A program made the position numbers and the translations under genes. From NCBI GenBank assembly GCA_964276515.1, contig OZ193909.1, positions 5,518,001 to 5,582,000 on the forward strand: DNA of 64,000 nucleotides. The letters run 5' to 3'. The notes below the pieces were generated by a model. That model was not told where the DNA came from. It ran no database searches and worked only from the letters and a program-made list of their open reading frames with translations. Numbering within the stretch: the first letter of the stretch is position 1; each line of letters starts with the position of its first letter. Source of the stretch: Gordius albopunctatus (Eukaryota). Of the stretch, positions 24,768-38,931 are shown in pieces.

Positions 24768-24902
24768 ATGGGCGTAGATTAAAAGTTAAATCAAGGGGGG
24801 GGGGAACCTAAATTTCTTTAATTTTTAATGGTTTTGCATTGGAATTTTTTTTGTCATATGGGGGGGGGGGTCGCCCCCCTCTGCCCCCTGGCTACGCTCA
24901 TG
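24768..24902. mobile_element. CATGGGCGTAG-family MITE
   Basis: catgggcgtag ... ctacgctcatg ends. Confidence 0.65.
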
Positions 24903-25217
24903 ACTACAGTCCTGGAAAGGTGGTCCAGGCCTGACACAGAACTTTAATAAAATAAAAGATTAATTTATGGAAGAAAAGATCATCGGTCGATAGGTGAAGT
25001 TAAGCATTAAATTCACGGGCTAGACAAATTAAATTTCTCTAAATTGGAAAGCTTTAAAAATATAACCTTATTCAATGTTGATACAATTTTTGATATATTA
25101 CAAAGTTTTAAAAAATATTACTAATTGATATAAAAATTCCATTGACCCATTAATAAATTCGTAAACATTTAAATATAATGATAGCATATAACTCATCATG
25201 GGTTTTATGGTTTTGTC

Positions 25218-25374
25218 CAATGGCGTAGCTAAGGGGTAGGGGACAGAAAGGGGCGGCTGCCCCCCTCTAAATCCAAAAATTTGTTGAAAATTATTAAAAT
25301 AAAATTGTAAAAAAATGATAAACCCTCCCTAAATCATTTTTTCCCCTCTAATTCCAATGTTGACTACGCCCATG
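25218..25374. mobile_element. CATGGGCGTAGCC-family MITE
   Basis: TIRs plus perfect 8-bp TSD GTTTTGTC. Confidence 0.8.
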
Positions 25375-28300
25375 GTTTTGTCATTAGGGATAATTAATTC
25401 AGAATTAAAAATCAAGTAGTTTGGTTTGATACTAGGACTTAATAAACTAATTTATAACCACTTTTACATATAAATTCGAAGTAAATTAACTAAATTTGTT
25501 TTATGATATGTTAAGATGCAGAGCCTCAATTTTATAGATCAACCGAAAGAAAATGTTAAATACATAATTAAGAGGGTATAAGCTCATCAAAATTAAGAAT
25601 AATTGACACTATTATTTATCGTTAATAAAACTCTAATCGCGGTTGTGTCTACTTAATTTACTTAAATACATGGGCAGATCTTTGTTTTGCTTCAGTAATT
25701 GATTTATCTGTTCTTACAAAATGCATTTACCCATAGGCGTAGCCACAGCTTTTAAATTAGACAGGGTCAATAATGATTTAGGGAGGGGCAAAATGAACAT
25801 TTTTTGAAATTTTAGCCATAATATTAAAAATAAGAATTAAACAACCAAGAAGTCGCGGCCACTGCTGGGCCCACTCGGCCTAGGTGCCGGGCAGGCAACC
25901 CTCGTAAATTTAGATTCTAAGTAGGCAGAGGCGGGCACCATAACAATGAGATTTTTTATCTAGCTTACTTGGGATTTACCGAGAGAAAAATGAGGCCCGT
26001 AACGTGGTCACCTTTTTATTTATAAAAATTCTATAATTAAATTAAAAAATTTTCGGAAATAAGACAAAATTTATGCTTGAAATTTAAAATAGTCATTTTG
26101 GGCCCGTCAGTTCGGAAAGCATTAGTGAATTGGGCAATTAAAGGGTTTGGACTGGCCTTGGCGGGGAATTTAGTTATCTAACCTAGACAAAAATGATTAT
26201 TGATAAAGGTATTGATTCTGTATTGAATGAGGAACATTATAATAGTCATTTGATTTTTCATTTGCCCCGCAATTGTCATTTAGAGATTTCACCTGTAGTA
26301 GGAGAATTACCTATGATTAGTTAATATTGCCAATTCGAGTCTTTACATCCTATTTTTTAATAAGCTTCCAATCTTTTGAGTATGAAAAAACTACGATAAT
26401 TGATGCATGTGGTGTTAAGAAGATAAAAAAAGGTGGTTAAATCTTTTTGCCAAAAATTTAATTTAAAAATAAAAATAAATCTTTTTTTGGTGTTTATGAG
26501 TGAGTCTTTTATCTGTCTAAATATTTTTAACTCAATTAATATTTTATTTATATAAATTTTTTTTTTAATTTTTACTAAGATGGGGTGGGGCTTGGATACG
26601 ACGCCACTGATCTACATCATTGTTTATAAATATAGGTGAGAGTGAGACGTTTTGATTTATATCTTTGATCAAATACAGGGTATCATCTAGACATTATTAA
26701 TCAGTGGATTAAAAATTATATACATAAAATTAACCATATTAATTATAACAATTGAGATATAGAAGAAATTAATTACTATATTAAACATAATCGCTTGGTT
26801 AGCCACTTCCTGGAGCGGTCTGGTGTTTTCACGGGAAATAAATGTTCAACCAAGTTTTTTTTTCATACCAATTTTCAAAATCATATTCGGAAATTTTACA
26901 ATGCATTTTGTCAAAAATCAATTAAAGAATTAAATTTATATATTATGTTTCCAGTTTTTTATACGCGTGTCTTAAAGTCTTTTATGCCACTAAACTATAA
27001 TATTTTAACCCATTTAATCTTTAATCAAAAAATTTTCAAATTTTGGTCAAGGGGCGAAAAAGTCCCGCTTTCCGCCCCTATGGCTACGCGCGTGGCTATA
27101 ATTATAATAACTTTAAGCAAATTTTTGGATTTAGAGGGGGCAGCCCCCCCCCCCTGAATCCCGAGAAATATAAAATTATCAAACTTCCCAAACTAAAAAC
27201 ATATAAATAAAATAATTCCATGAATATATAGATTAGTCATTGTTAAAATTAGCATTCGAAGTTGCTAAATAAAATAGTCTGTCAACAACAATACGCTTAA
27301 GGTATCAAATGTGATTCTTTTCTCGTTTAAAGTAAAGCAACAGTCAGCATACCTGGCAATTATTGCATCTTCGCAATAAAAATTTTGCGTCAAATTGGTG
27401 TTTTGCGTCAATTATTTATTATTTAATTTTATGACCCTTCTTTGGTTGATAATTTTAAAACAGATGCACTACGTGTAAACTACTTGTTAGTGAGTACATG
27501 GGCATAGCCAGGATTGGAATAGGGGGGCATAATGATTTAGGGAGCGGAAAAAATGATCATGTTAATCTTATATTTATTTATCACTTCTTTTAATAGCAAG
27601 TTCCTAAGAGTTAATTCTTATAAATTTCACCTTGATTCTAAATTATGGGACTAGGGTCAACCTAAAAACACGCTTTGTCCAAATATTTATATCTTGCTAG
27701 CTTAAGGCTTATTTGATGTTTATACTTTGTAATCAAACAAATTTCATAACTAGCACAAAGTTTTTTTTAATCAAATTATTCATAGAAACTAAAATTTGGA
27801 TTATAGTTTAAAAAATATGTAATATCAACGTTTAAGATAATAAAAAATTCTTTAACCTGATGGGAATATACATTATTTTTAGTTTCGCAGTTAATTCATA
27901 ACTAATTGCTATTTATAATCTGGTGTAGATTTGTTAATTTTATTTATATCAAGTATTGTTGTAAACCTTAAAATTGATTAGAATTGATAAAGCTGCATTA
28001 TAAAACAATCCGACTACACGTATATCATGCTTAAACTTTTCTAATAGATCACGGAACTCAATCAAATATATCGAATACTTCGATTAAATTAATAATGATT
28101 CGCACATGCTCGATGGCCTTATCTATTTTTCATTTTTAGCTTTAATTTAATTACCTCATCGCTTATTATTAATTCAACGAATCCAAATTTAAGCTTCAAT
28201 ATTTAGAAATTGAAGTAAAACTTTATTTATCCACTTTTTTATGCTTGCAAAGTCTGTAAATATTTATTTTACAAAGCTCGATTGTGGCAAATCATCCAAC

Positions 28301-31300
28301 TATTGTTCGGGTAAGTTTTTTTTATAGATAGAGGATATAATTTCTACTAATAATAAGGTAAATTATTTTGATATATAGAATTTAATTTTACAATCAGGTA
28401 CAAATCTTAATACCAAATATAAGAGCTTTTCTCATTCAAGACGCAAACATCTAAGAATTTTAATATGTAATGGTTATAATGATTCATTTTATTACAAAAG
28501 ATTGCGACTTTAATATAGCTAAAGGAAAAGCATCTAAAGTATCTGTAAGCAAACATTAAATTTAATCTATAAATATTTGCATGCATATTACAATATAATT
28601 GTGTATAAACAATTCAAAAGCTCATTGTTTTTTTAATGAAGGAAGTCGTCGGATCAAATTAAATCCTTTTAATTAATAAACAGGATTCAACAACCCTATA
28701 AAACCCCCTACTCATTTATTTTAATCTCTCGCTAAAGGTTATCGAGGACCTTAATGGAACTTAAAATTTTCATTTTATTTCTAAGTTTCAAGTCATCTAA
28801 TCTTTTACTTAATAAGAAAAATATTAACAGTTACTTTGTTAATACTTTCTTTCGGTTTAACAAATACTATATACTAAATAGATAGACTTTGTCTCGTCTC
28901 ATCTAATAACTAATTCAATGTGATAATACTATTGGTTCAAAACTAATCATATCATAAAAATGTTTGACATAGAAACCACACATATTTTTTTTAAATTTAA
29001 ATAGTAATTTAACTATACTTATTTAACCCAAAATAATACATATGAGCTAAAATCATTTTTAAAAGGATTAATAAAGGTGAAATAAAGGATTATAAACCAA
29101 ATTTAGAAATGGCAATGCGAAATAACATTTTTTGCTTCATATAGTGCAAATAATAGGGGCATAAAACAATAAAAATAACAAAAATTTTACGATTTTTAGG
29201 TTTTACCTTATAAAATTTTATTGCTGTGAGTTGGTTTTAGACTTATATATGATTTTAATATCAACTTTTATTGTTATTACGTTACGAAGATAGAAGTACA
29301 AATTCTGTCTAACTAGCCCCGGTCTCCAATTACTCTGACCTCAAAACATTTAAAAAAAACTTAGAAATTAAATGTCATTTTGACAATGCAATATAAAATC
29401 CATTAGATAGCAATAAAAAGTAAGTTAAATCATGTTTTATATGGGTTGTCGCTAGTAAGGCCTAATTTAAATATGATTTAAATAGTAAATTTCATTAATT
29501 TTAATAAATTTTTATCTTGAATCACTCAATAATTCGGGATTACAATATTCTTTTGCAATATTAAAAAATGCATTAAACTTTGTGTTTTAAGCTTTAATGG
29601 AGTTTTAAAAATATTTGGGCTAGTTAGGGTCCATTTGTACTATATTATGAAATTTGTTGGGAACTATTTGGGTTCTACCCTTATATGGAAATGGAGACAA
29701 TTCGATCCATATATTTATATTTTATTAAAAGTGTATATATAATAAATGACTGAATTAATGTAGTTGGAGGTTTATAGTAGAAAGAACAGTTTGAAGGTTC
29801 TTATTGTAATGCCTGAAGGATGTTAAACTCAATATTTTTGAAAATTTTCATAGTTATTATGCTTGCAAAAAATATCAGGGTTCTGGCTTATTCTTTTTCC
29901 CTAGGTGTAAATACACTAAACTAAATTTTTGTCATTGTAAAGTAATTTTTGTAAGAGCTTTAATCAGTTTTTAAAATGCAGGATAGAGGGGAAAATTTAA
30001 TTAGCTACGAATCAATCAGGATTTCAATAAATTATTAATGAGTTCTTATAAAATATTAGACTTATTAAAAGATTCATTAACAACCAACACGACCTGAGTT
30101 AGTTTTTACCAAACATTTTTAATTTAAAGGTTATACAAAGCGTACTTAAATTTGTAATTAATCTTCACATACTCTCGCAAATATGTGTGAATTTAAGAAT
30201 TTAAATAACTTTGTAGGCACATTATAAAATTTGACAAATAATAATTGCTAGGTAATTTTCGTTTCGCGCCAGCCCCTCTACAAATGCTCTGCCCTGTCTT
30301 GTCCAACGTTAACTTTCCCACCTTTTTTTCTCAGGTCTTACAGATCATTAATATTTTTCCTAAATAAAATAAAACGAGCTCGAATAAAAGTTTTTTAGGC
30401 AATTTTTTAAAGTTTATCTCTTGTTCAAAAGTTAACAAAATATTAACTGGTATTGCATTTAAATGAATGATTATAAAATGACAGTCATAACGATCATTTT
30501 GCCATAAGTCCCTACACTCATTTTAATTTTTTTAATATATGTAATGGGTTTTAGAACAATTATAGAAAAAATTAAATGAAATGTGCACTAATATTACTTA
30601 GCCCTAGAATTAGTACGATTCTATTAGAAAAATGTGTTAAAATTAAAACATTAACGATTTTTTCCACAAATATGTCAGATCCCTAAAGTTTAACTCAGCT
30701 TATTATCTATAATACTAAATAGACTGCCTCTTCAAAAATTTATAAGAACCAGTTACTAGAAGAAATTTTTTAATATTCACATTTAAACGATCCTTTTTCA
30801 GGATACAATGACCGACGATTTCTTTTTGGTCTAGCAGTTTATCTCGTAGATGGCTAGTTATCTAACATATATTGAAAACAGATGAATATTTTTGCTAATG
30901 AAACTGATTGCCGAATATATTAAATATTTAGATAATGCTCACTAATTTTCTAGTTAATAAGCTCAAAACATAAAGTGATCCCCTACTTTTTGTTGTTAAT
31001 GATCTATGATGCCTAAATTAACTACTCACTTAAGAGTAAACTAGACACTACAACTTGCGTCACTTATATTATTACAAAAATTCTTTTAGGAGGATTGTTT
31101 TTAAATCTTTTATGCAAATATCTATCATTCCAACTAAGCCCCTTTACCATTAATGCTATTTATAAATTAGACTTTTGATGAACTTAATTAACAACATAAA
31201 ATCAAAATCCCACTTTTTGTTGTAAATAGTCTATGCCTATATTAATTCCCTTGTTAAGTGAAATGAGCTGGACGAAACATTTTCATTTGCATTATTTACA

Positions 31301-34300
31301 CAAGCTTTAGAAAAGCAGTGTGTGTTTTAATCATTTTATTTATCGTGTTGACAATAACTTTTTATCATCATATTATAATAAATACCTAGTTTTCGTTAAG
31401 GAATATATATTTTTATTGAAATGCATATAAAGCCGCTCTTCAATTTTCGGTGATTATTACAAAATGTTTTTTATGCTAAATTGTTTAGGAGTAAAAAGTA
31501 ACTTTATAATATTATTTTGCAAAGTTTATGTATAAACTTGATATGGCTTATAAACCCAGTTATAATTAGTAATCTTGTTTATAGGGAGCTCCTGGGATGC
31601 CAAAATCGGTTAAATAATGGCGTTTGACTCTACTTAAATTTTGTAGATTATAGTTGAGTTATTTAATTTGTTTAAATTGATGATTTATAAGTAATTATAA
31701 GATTAAATCAAAGATTGACATATAGATTTTAATTTTTTGCAGAATAAAATTTGTTAGATATTAATAAGTTTGAGTGTTTTATTAAAATAATAGTTTATAT
31801 ATATATATTTATTTATACTTAAAAATTTACCTTAAGAAACCAGACTTAACTTTTAGTGCTTTAGCTTAGCATTATGTTGGTAAATAATTATAAATTAATT
31901 TTTTTTTGAATAATGTAGGAAGCCGAAAATAGATATTATTATCAATTCGTTGTTATTTTAATTTAATAGGTTCATGAGACAATGCTGATAAAGTGGGAAA
32001 ATGATTTTTCTCTAATTTTAAATAATATCCAGAAATTTATATTAAATTATTAAACTTGGCATGGGGGGGGGAGCAGATGTCCCTCCTTGTTTTATCCGCT
32101 CATATTCTGCTGTGAGAGTAAATTAAAAAGTCAAACTAACTCTATCCAACCGGCTGAAAACCTAAATGGAGTCTGAACAAAATGATAACTTTCCAAATAT
32201 TCCTTTTAAAACATTTTTTTTGTAAACACAGGTATTTATCTGATTTGATTTTATATATAAAGTTTTTAGAGCCCTTTTCGGATTTAGTTAGGTGAACGTG
32301 TTGAATCTTTAAGGAAGCAATTCAAAATGATTATATAACCTATTGAACTGGGATTAAAAATAGGAAAATTAAAAATAAGAAAGTTAATATTTAAAATGCA
32401 TATAAGCCCGTTGAACTATTAAGATTTTATTAGGATGGTCAACCAAGAACTATTGTAACAGTTTGACCCGTCAATCGCATTCAATTTTCGATCGTAATTA
32501 ATAAAAATTAATAAATACAATATATTATATAAATTCCATTAAACAATTATTAATGAACATAACAAACTACCTACTTGTACTTATTAAAAACTGCGTGGCA
32601 AAAATTTAATTAAATTTTCAAAAAATTAGCTTTTAAAAATTAATTTAAAATCTACCAATATCAAAAAGAAAAAAAACTTTTACATCATAACATATGATTT
32701 ATTATATAATGTAAACTTATAAGAAATAACTTATTTTCTCACATAAATTACTAGTGCACGTTTTAACGTCCATTTTTCAGCTCATATACTATTAAATTGA
32801 ATGGATTATTGATACGCATAAAATTAATAAATAATGAAGTAGATTAACTCCTTTTAAAAAGATCAAAGTCAGTGATTATTTTTGGAGACTGGTTAATCAT
32901 TTCCCTTCTAATATGATGATGGTCAACCAACGAATCAATCTATGTGAAATTAAGAATGTAAAAAATCAATTTATCAAAATCATCCCTGTTGATATTTGAT
33001 AACATCAAAGTAAGCAACTCATTTGATTTACTAGCTTCCATTTATTATTCTAACGTAGTTTATGGCTTTTTTCAATATTATAATAACCATTTAAAGCTAA
33101 AGAAAAGTTAGAAAATTAGGCAATTCTTACTCAACATAGCACATTTAAAGCTGTATAATAATATTATTGTTCTTGCATTAAAATGAACAATAACAAATTG
33201 TTTTTATCGCGAGCCGGCAAATTAAAAAATATTGCCAGTTTGGGATTAAATTGATTTGTAGATCTAATATATTGTTACCGACTAAAACGGGTTTGATCAT
33301 GCATTTGCCTTCTAGATTTCTGCTATTCTAAACTTACCCCCACTTCAATTTGTTCCTCTGAATTATTAAATAGATTTTGGGGAATTTATTGATCAAACAT
33401 GCTTTTTTGTAATTATATTATTATTTTATATCTGTTGCTTATTTTTTTTATATTTGGGGCAATGCTACGCAAAATAGTTTGGCCATCTTAATTTCTTTTT
33501 ATCGCGTGAATTGGACAGTCTAAAATTAATTAAAGAAATACTTTAATGGATTAAGTAACGCTTCATTTTGTCAATTGATTCATGATTTATGAGCTTGTAC
33601 GCTTCTTTAGAGAATGATACTGTCAAATTATATTGGCATAATGGGGCCACATATTTGAAATTATTATTGACATTTATTTTTATAAACTGATTATCATATA
33701 TCTGCATTAATACTTTACAAAACTTGTTTTGGCTTAAAATGACCAAATTTACGATAAATTATGCTAATTGCAGTAATTTTTATGCAAATTATTTTTTTCA
33801 AGCAGACTAAACTTGTTTATTTCTGTTAGGAATTGATTCGCGAATTTTGAATCAGTTAATCCCTATAATTACCATAACGAAACTTGTTGAGTCCCCTGAG
33901 ACATAAGTTTTACAACAAACGTTAAATTTGATATATTATACGGTTTAAATTATAAATCCTGTTTAAACATTTATTTGAACTTTACAAATAAACAAAAATT
34001 TACATTAAATTTTCAAAGTTTAGCGTGCGATTTTTTAATATAAAAACTTTTTTTTATTATTTAAATAAAATTATGAAAGAGGAATAAATTATTACCTACC
34101 TCTAGGGAAAAAAAACGTCATAAACTTTTCATTCATATAAAAAAATTTCAGACCACAAGCTTAATTGTTTACAATAAACTGGCATTTAACAAGGTTACGT
34201 TTAAACATATTATGCAAATTTTTTGATTTTTCAATATCGATATTTAAATATAGATTTATTCATATTAGTTAGTTCTATAATTCTCACGACCACCATAATA

Positions 34301-35117
34301 TATGCAAATTAAATTTTTTTAAATAGATAAAAAAAGTGTTAAATAAAAATTTATGACTTATTCATGCGAGGAAAATTGATTTATATCTATATATATAAAG
34401 TAAAGTGTATGTATATATGTATGTATGCAAGGGCTAAATTCTGAAACTACCGGCCCGATTCGCGCGAAACTTTACACCGTAGGTTCCCAGGGCGGCCAGG
34501 GGTAAATTAGCTTTTTAAGAATCCTAAAATTTCTTTTAGTTTTAAAAATATGGGCCTTTTAGTTTTAAAAAATGGCTTAATTCTAAAACTACCGGCCCGA
34601 TTCGCACGAAAATTTAGCCGTAGATGCCCAGGGATGCCAGGGGTAAAATAGCTTTTTCAGATTCCTAAAATACCTTTTCGTTTTAAAAATACCGGACATT
34701 TCCCGGCCAGTTTCATTTATTACATTAATGACGTCATACATACAAGGCTGAAGTTTTCTCGAATTAGATATTTAAAAGTATAATAAAAATGTTACAGTAT
34801 ACGGTCAAAATTATTGGTGTTTAACAAACTATTTAAATTAAATAAATTATATTTAAATTATTATCACGTGGTCGATCATAGAAGCATATTTTTAATAATT
34901 ATCCATCCTTCAATTAATTATTTTATGATATTAAAGAAAATTGTATTTCAAATAAATCAGCTAACTAGAAAAATAAAATAATAGTATTATTTTATAATAA
35001 GTAACAGCAATAATCAGCAATTTTTTCGAAAACATTTAATTTTAGTCGGATTTGGTGACTAAAACAGAATTCGCATTTGGTTTGTCTTATTATATATATA
35101 CTAAAAATAGTGGGTTC

Positions 35118-37192
35118 TGTCGTGTCCGCACAAAAGTTACGGTTCTCTCCTCCCGGAACCCCCCACCGCGCTGCTATATACACGCGTTTAAATACCATAC
35201 TTATTCGATCAAACCCCCCTACCCGTACTTATATTCATAAAGGTTATAAAACTGCGTAGCGCATACACCCCCCCCCCGCGTTCCACTTATCGCGGATACC
35301 CTTTTGTGATCGTACACGCGTTACGGATTATTGAATTAATATTATTATTCATCTTTATCGATTCGAATTAGAGGTGTGCACGGATCAAATTTTTTTGATC
35401 CGATCCGAAGGGTTTTTGAAAAATTTCATATCCATCCGATCCGATCCGAGTTTTTTAAAATCTAAATCCCATCCGATCCGAAATTTTTTAATTAAAATTT
35501 TACGAACAGAACTTTTTATTGATGATTAAATTCAAAATACATAAAAATAAGGTATAGCAATTTTAATATACTTGAAATATAAAATTTTTATTTGATTAAT
35601 TCCATGTTATCATATAAAAATAATAAAGAATCTAAATTTTCTGGTTTAATTCGCGTTCTTCTTTCTTCTAATGTTCTTCCAGCCAACGGGAAATTTCTTT
35701 CCGAAGTGGTAGAGGTAGCAGGTATAGCTAAAAATTTATTTGCCAGCTTATAAAGCCTTGGCAGGAAATTTGTCAAGTGTATTTTTAGCTGAAGTTTTTG
35801 GAATACATTTATGATGCAAAAGATGGGAACTACCTCGAATGGAATTATATGTGTAGATATGATGGCATTTCTTGCATATAACATAACCGGTGTATGTATC
35901 ATTTTCATTTAGAAGGTCAAAGTAACTCCAAATTTGACTTTTTCCATCTTCTTTTTTTAACTTGTTTGAGAAGATTTTTTTTAAATTTTTTTATTATTTC
36001 TTCCATGACGGTTTTTAATCTAAACAATATTGGTGTATTTGCTAGCTGTTACGAATCCAAATGATTATTTCCAACACCCCCCCCCCCATTATTTTTTCCC
36101 CTTAAGTCAGCGTGACTCACACCAGACAATACCCCTGCTGCACCATGGAGATTGCTTCTAAGAAGGCAAGCTACATCATTCATGATTACCCGAAATCAAG
36201 AGGGAAAGGAGCTACGCGTGTGCTTTAAGGAAAGGGGAGAGTGATTGATGATTTTCGGAGTTGAGTTGAAATGAAATAGAAAGAGATGCGTTTCTACGTC
36301 TAGCTAGGGAAAAACGCTAGGGAAATTCTGATAAATATATTAGGGTAAGTAAGGGGTAAGGAGGTGGTATTGGGCATCAAAAATGGTAAAGTAAAAAAAG
36401 AATGCAAAGATAATTACGAAAAGGTATACTAAAAATTATTAATTTAATTATTATTGTATCCGATCCGACTAAAATAAAATGTTGATCCGATCCGATCCGA
36501 GTTCGGACGGATCGGATGTCGGATCGGATTGATCCGTGCACACCTCTAATTCGAATATTAAAAGATCATTAATTAATTTTTTCTTGAGTAAAGATAATAC
36601 CCGATAATGTAGAAACACAAAGATATCGTAAGAGTTAATTTCGCGGATATATGATTATTATAATTTCGTTTTTTTGTTGAAAATAAATATACTATTCACG
36701 CGTAGAATAGTAAAATGGTGTGTAGAATGAATCAAAGATTTATTTTATGCCAACAAAATGTAAGTGAAAAATACATAAAAACTGTTACCCCTTCTAGGGC
36801 ATTGTTTACTGACGCGTGTCTATGTATAGCAATAATAAAAGTAAGCGGAACAAATCCCTACTGGAAATTAAAATGGAAAGTACAAGTACCCCATCTGAAG
36901 TAGTAAGGCCAGGGAGGGGAGATTGTGTAGACATATACCGCAGATGTTATATCTATTCTAAGTTTTAAAGATACGAGCTATATTAATTAACGCGTGTACG
37001 ATCAAAAAAGGGTATCCGCGATGAGTGGAACGCGGGGGGGGGTATATGCGCTACGCAGTTTTACAACCTTTGTGAATATAAGTACGGGTAGGGGGGTTTG
37101 ATCGAATAAGTACGGTATTAAAACGCGTGTGTATAGCAGCGCGGTGGGGGGTTCAGGGAGGAGAGAACCGTAACTTTTGTGCGGACATGACA
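35118..37192. mobile_element. Ginger/TDD-like MITE with TIRs of about 200 bp
   Basis: 35118-35325 is the inverse of 36987-37192; TGT..ACA ends; perfect 5-bp TSD GGTTC. The superfamily is inferred from the ends only. Confidence 0.8.
35369..36548 (-). mobile_element. Internally deleted hAT transposon
   Basis: 20-bp TIR TAGAGGTGTGCACGGATCAA; perfect TSD ATTCGAAT; ATCCG repeats; dimerisation motif LAIPATSTTSERNF..RRTRI.PENLDSLLFL. Confidence 0.93.
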
Positions 37193-38764
37193 GGTTCATA
37201 AAATCCATGATGTGATAAAATTCGTGCTCTAAATAAATATTATGGATATTTTATTTATTTGAACTATTATTTCATATATGACCCCATTTTAGATAAGTCT
37301 TATTAATAGGTTATACTTATTTAACCACTTAAGGGCTGAGCCAAAGCAACGCTTGGTCGGGCACAGCTAGTAATATATAAATGATTAAATATTTTGAGAA
37401 ATTCATTAATTTCTATATTGTTAATGTTATATAGTTAATAAATTTATAACGCGAACCTCGCTCTATCAAATTTTGACTTTAGCCTGGGTTTAATAATAAT
37501 AATAATCAAACATTTATTAAAACTTTCAGCGTAGTTGCCAGTAAGACAAAATTTTACCCCTTAGAGTGAATATAAACATATTAGTTTCAAATCTTACATC
37601 AATAAATAAATCGATTTTTTGCAACAAATTAGTTTTCATTCAATATTAATTGCATCTGTTTAAATAATGACATGGGAATATTTAATATATATCTTCAAGC
37701 CTTATTATCTTCAACGTACATCAATAATTCAGCAAAAAAAAGTCGATATTTAAGTAATTTATTGTGGTTCATATAAATTTAACATGCTTCGTTTCTAATT
37801 TGCAATACGATATTACCCGATCTTGTGATGCTTGTTAAATTATCCTCAAAAATACCATGTTATTTATAATTAAAATGTTTTATCTCAATAAAAATTTAGG
37901 CTTTTAGTATATATTTCCAATAAAAAATAATTGGACATTATCCATCTAAAATCTTCAAATTTTAAGCTTGTCTATCAATTTAAATTTAACATGGGGATTG
38001 GTTTTAAAATTGCTATTGTTATAAATTATAATTAATTACAGCTTACAATAGTTTGATATGGTCATTATAATTGATTTTTTACAATGTCTATTATATAATT
38101 TTTAATTATTTAGTCACATATTTATGTTATGAATATTTAAAAAATATAAGCTGCGAGTCCTTAAATATGCAATATTTCTTATCCTATTTCATAGATCAAA
38201 AATATGTTTTTACTAGACATGCAAGCCTAAAATTTAAAAATTAATGATATAGCCAATCCAGCAACGGGTGGTTTTAAGTCCGAACTATTATGCTTTGTTT
38301 GCCAAATTCCTGGTTATGTTTGGGTTGAAGATTGAAAATAAATTTGTGTTGATTCGAAAAATTAACTTTCCAAAACGCTTTCAGGCATTTCAGATCTTAA
38401 TAATGAATCCCAGAATATAAAAACTAACTAAATTATTTGAATAATGACACTTTGTTTAATATTTTTTTTTATCTATTATTTAATATTTGGTTATTTTAGG
38501 AGAGGGGATTTGGCTTAAAAATTTATATTCGAATTGAGATTTTATAATAATAATTGGGTCGGATTCTGGTTAAACTAATCTTCAGGAGGGATTAGGGTTA
38601 AATTGACTTTGCAGAAAAATGATGACCAATGACGTAGCTATCATTTTTATCTTAGGGGGGTCACGGGTGATTGAAAATTTTTTCCCATAAATAGTCAGCT
38701 AATCCTTCTTGTATTCATTTGAAGTCTTATCTGTTTAAGTCCATATCAATATTATGTTCCCAAG

Positions 38765-38931
38765 CATAGGCGTAGCCAGGGAGGGCGCCCCCCCCTAAAT
38801 GACGAAAAAAAATTTTTCAATGCAAAAACCCTTAAAAATTAAAAAAAATTTAATTTTGCCCCCCCCCCCCAGATTTAACCTTTAAAAGTTTCGCCCCCCC
38901 TCCTCTAATCCAAAACCTGGCTACGCCCATG
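38765..38931. mobile_element. CATGGGCGTAGCC-family MITE
   Basis: cataggcgtagccagg / cctggctacgcccatg ends; approximate TSD ttccc.. Confidence 0.75.

Larger units (their letters stand above)
34386..37370 (+). mobile_element. Non-autonomous Helitron carrying two nested insertions
   Basis: 5' A|TCTATATATATAAAG followed by GTAT repeats; 3' hairpin ccaaagcaacgcttgg then CTAG|T; no TSD; internal tandem duplication at 34430-34700. Confidence 0.75.

Noticed and set aside
23000..34300. Host exons in the long AT-rich stretch (ORFs at 24445, 26795, 33543; also an open frame at ~40400-40565 outside this span)
   Set aside because: No recognisable protein motifs or consistent splice-site pairs. Small exons cannot be excluded without RNA-seq.
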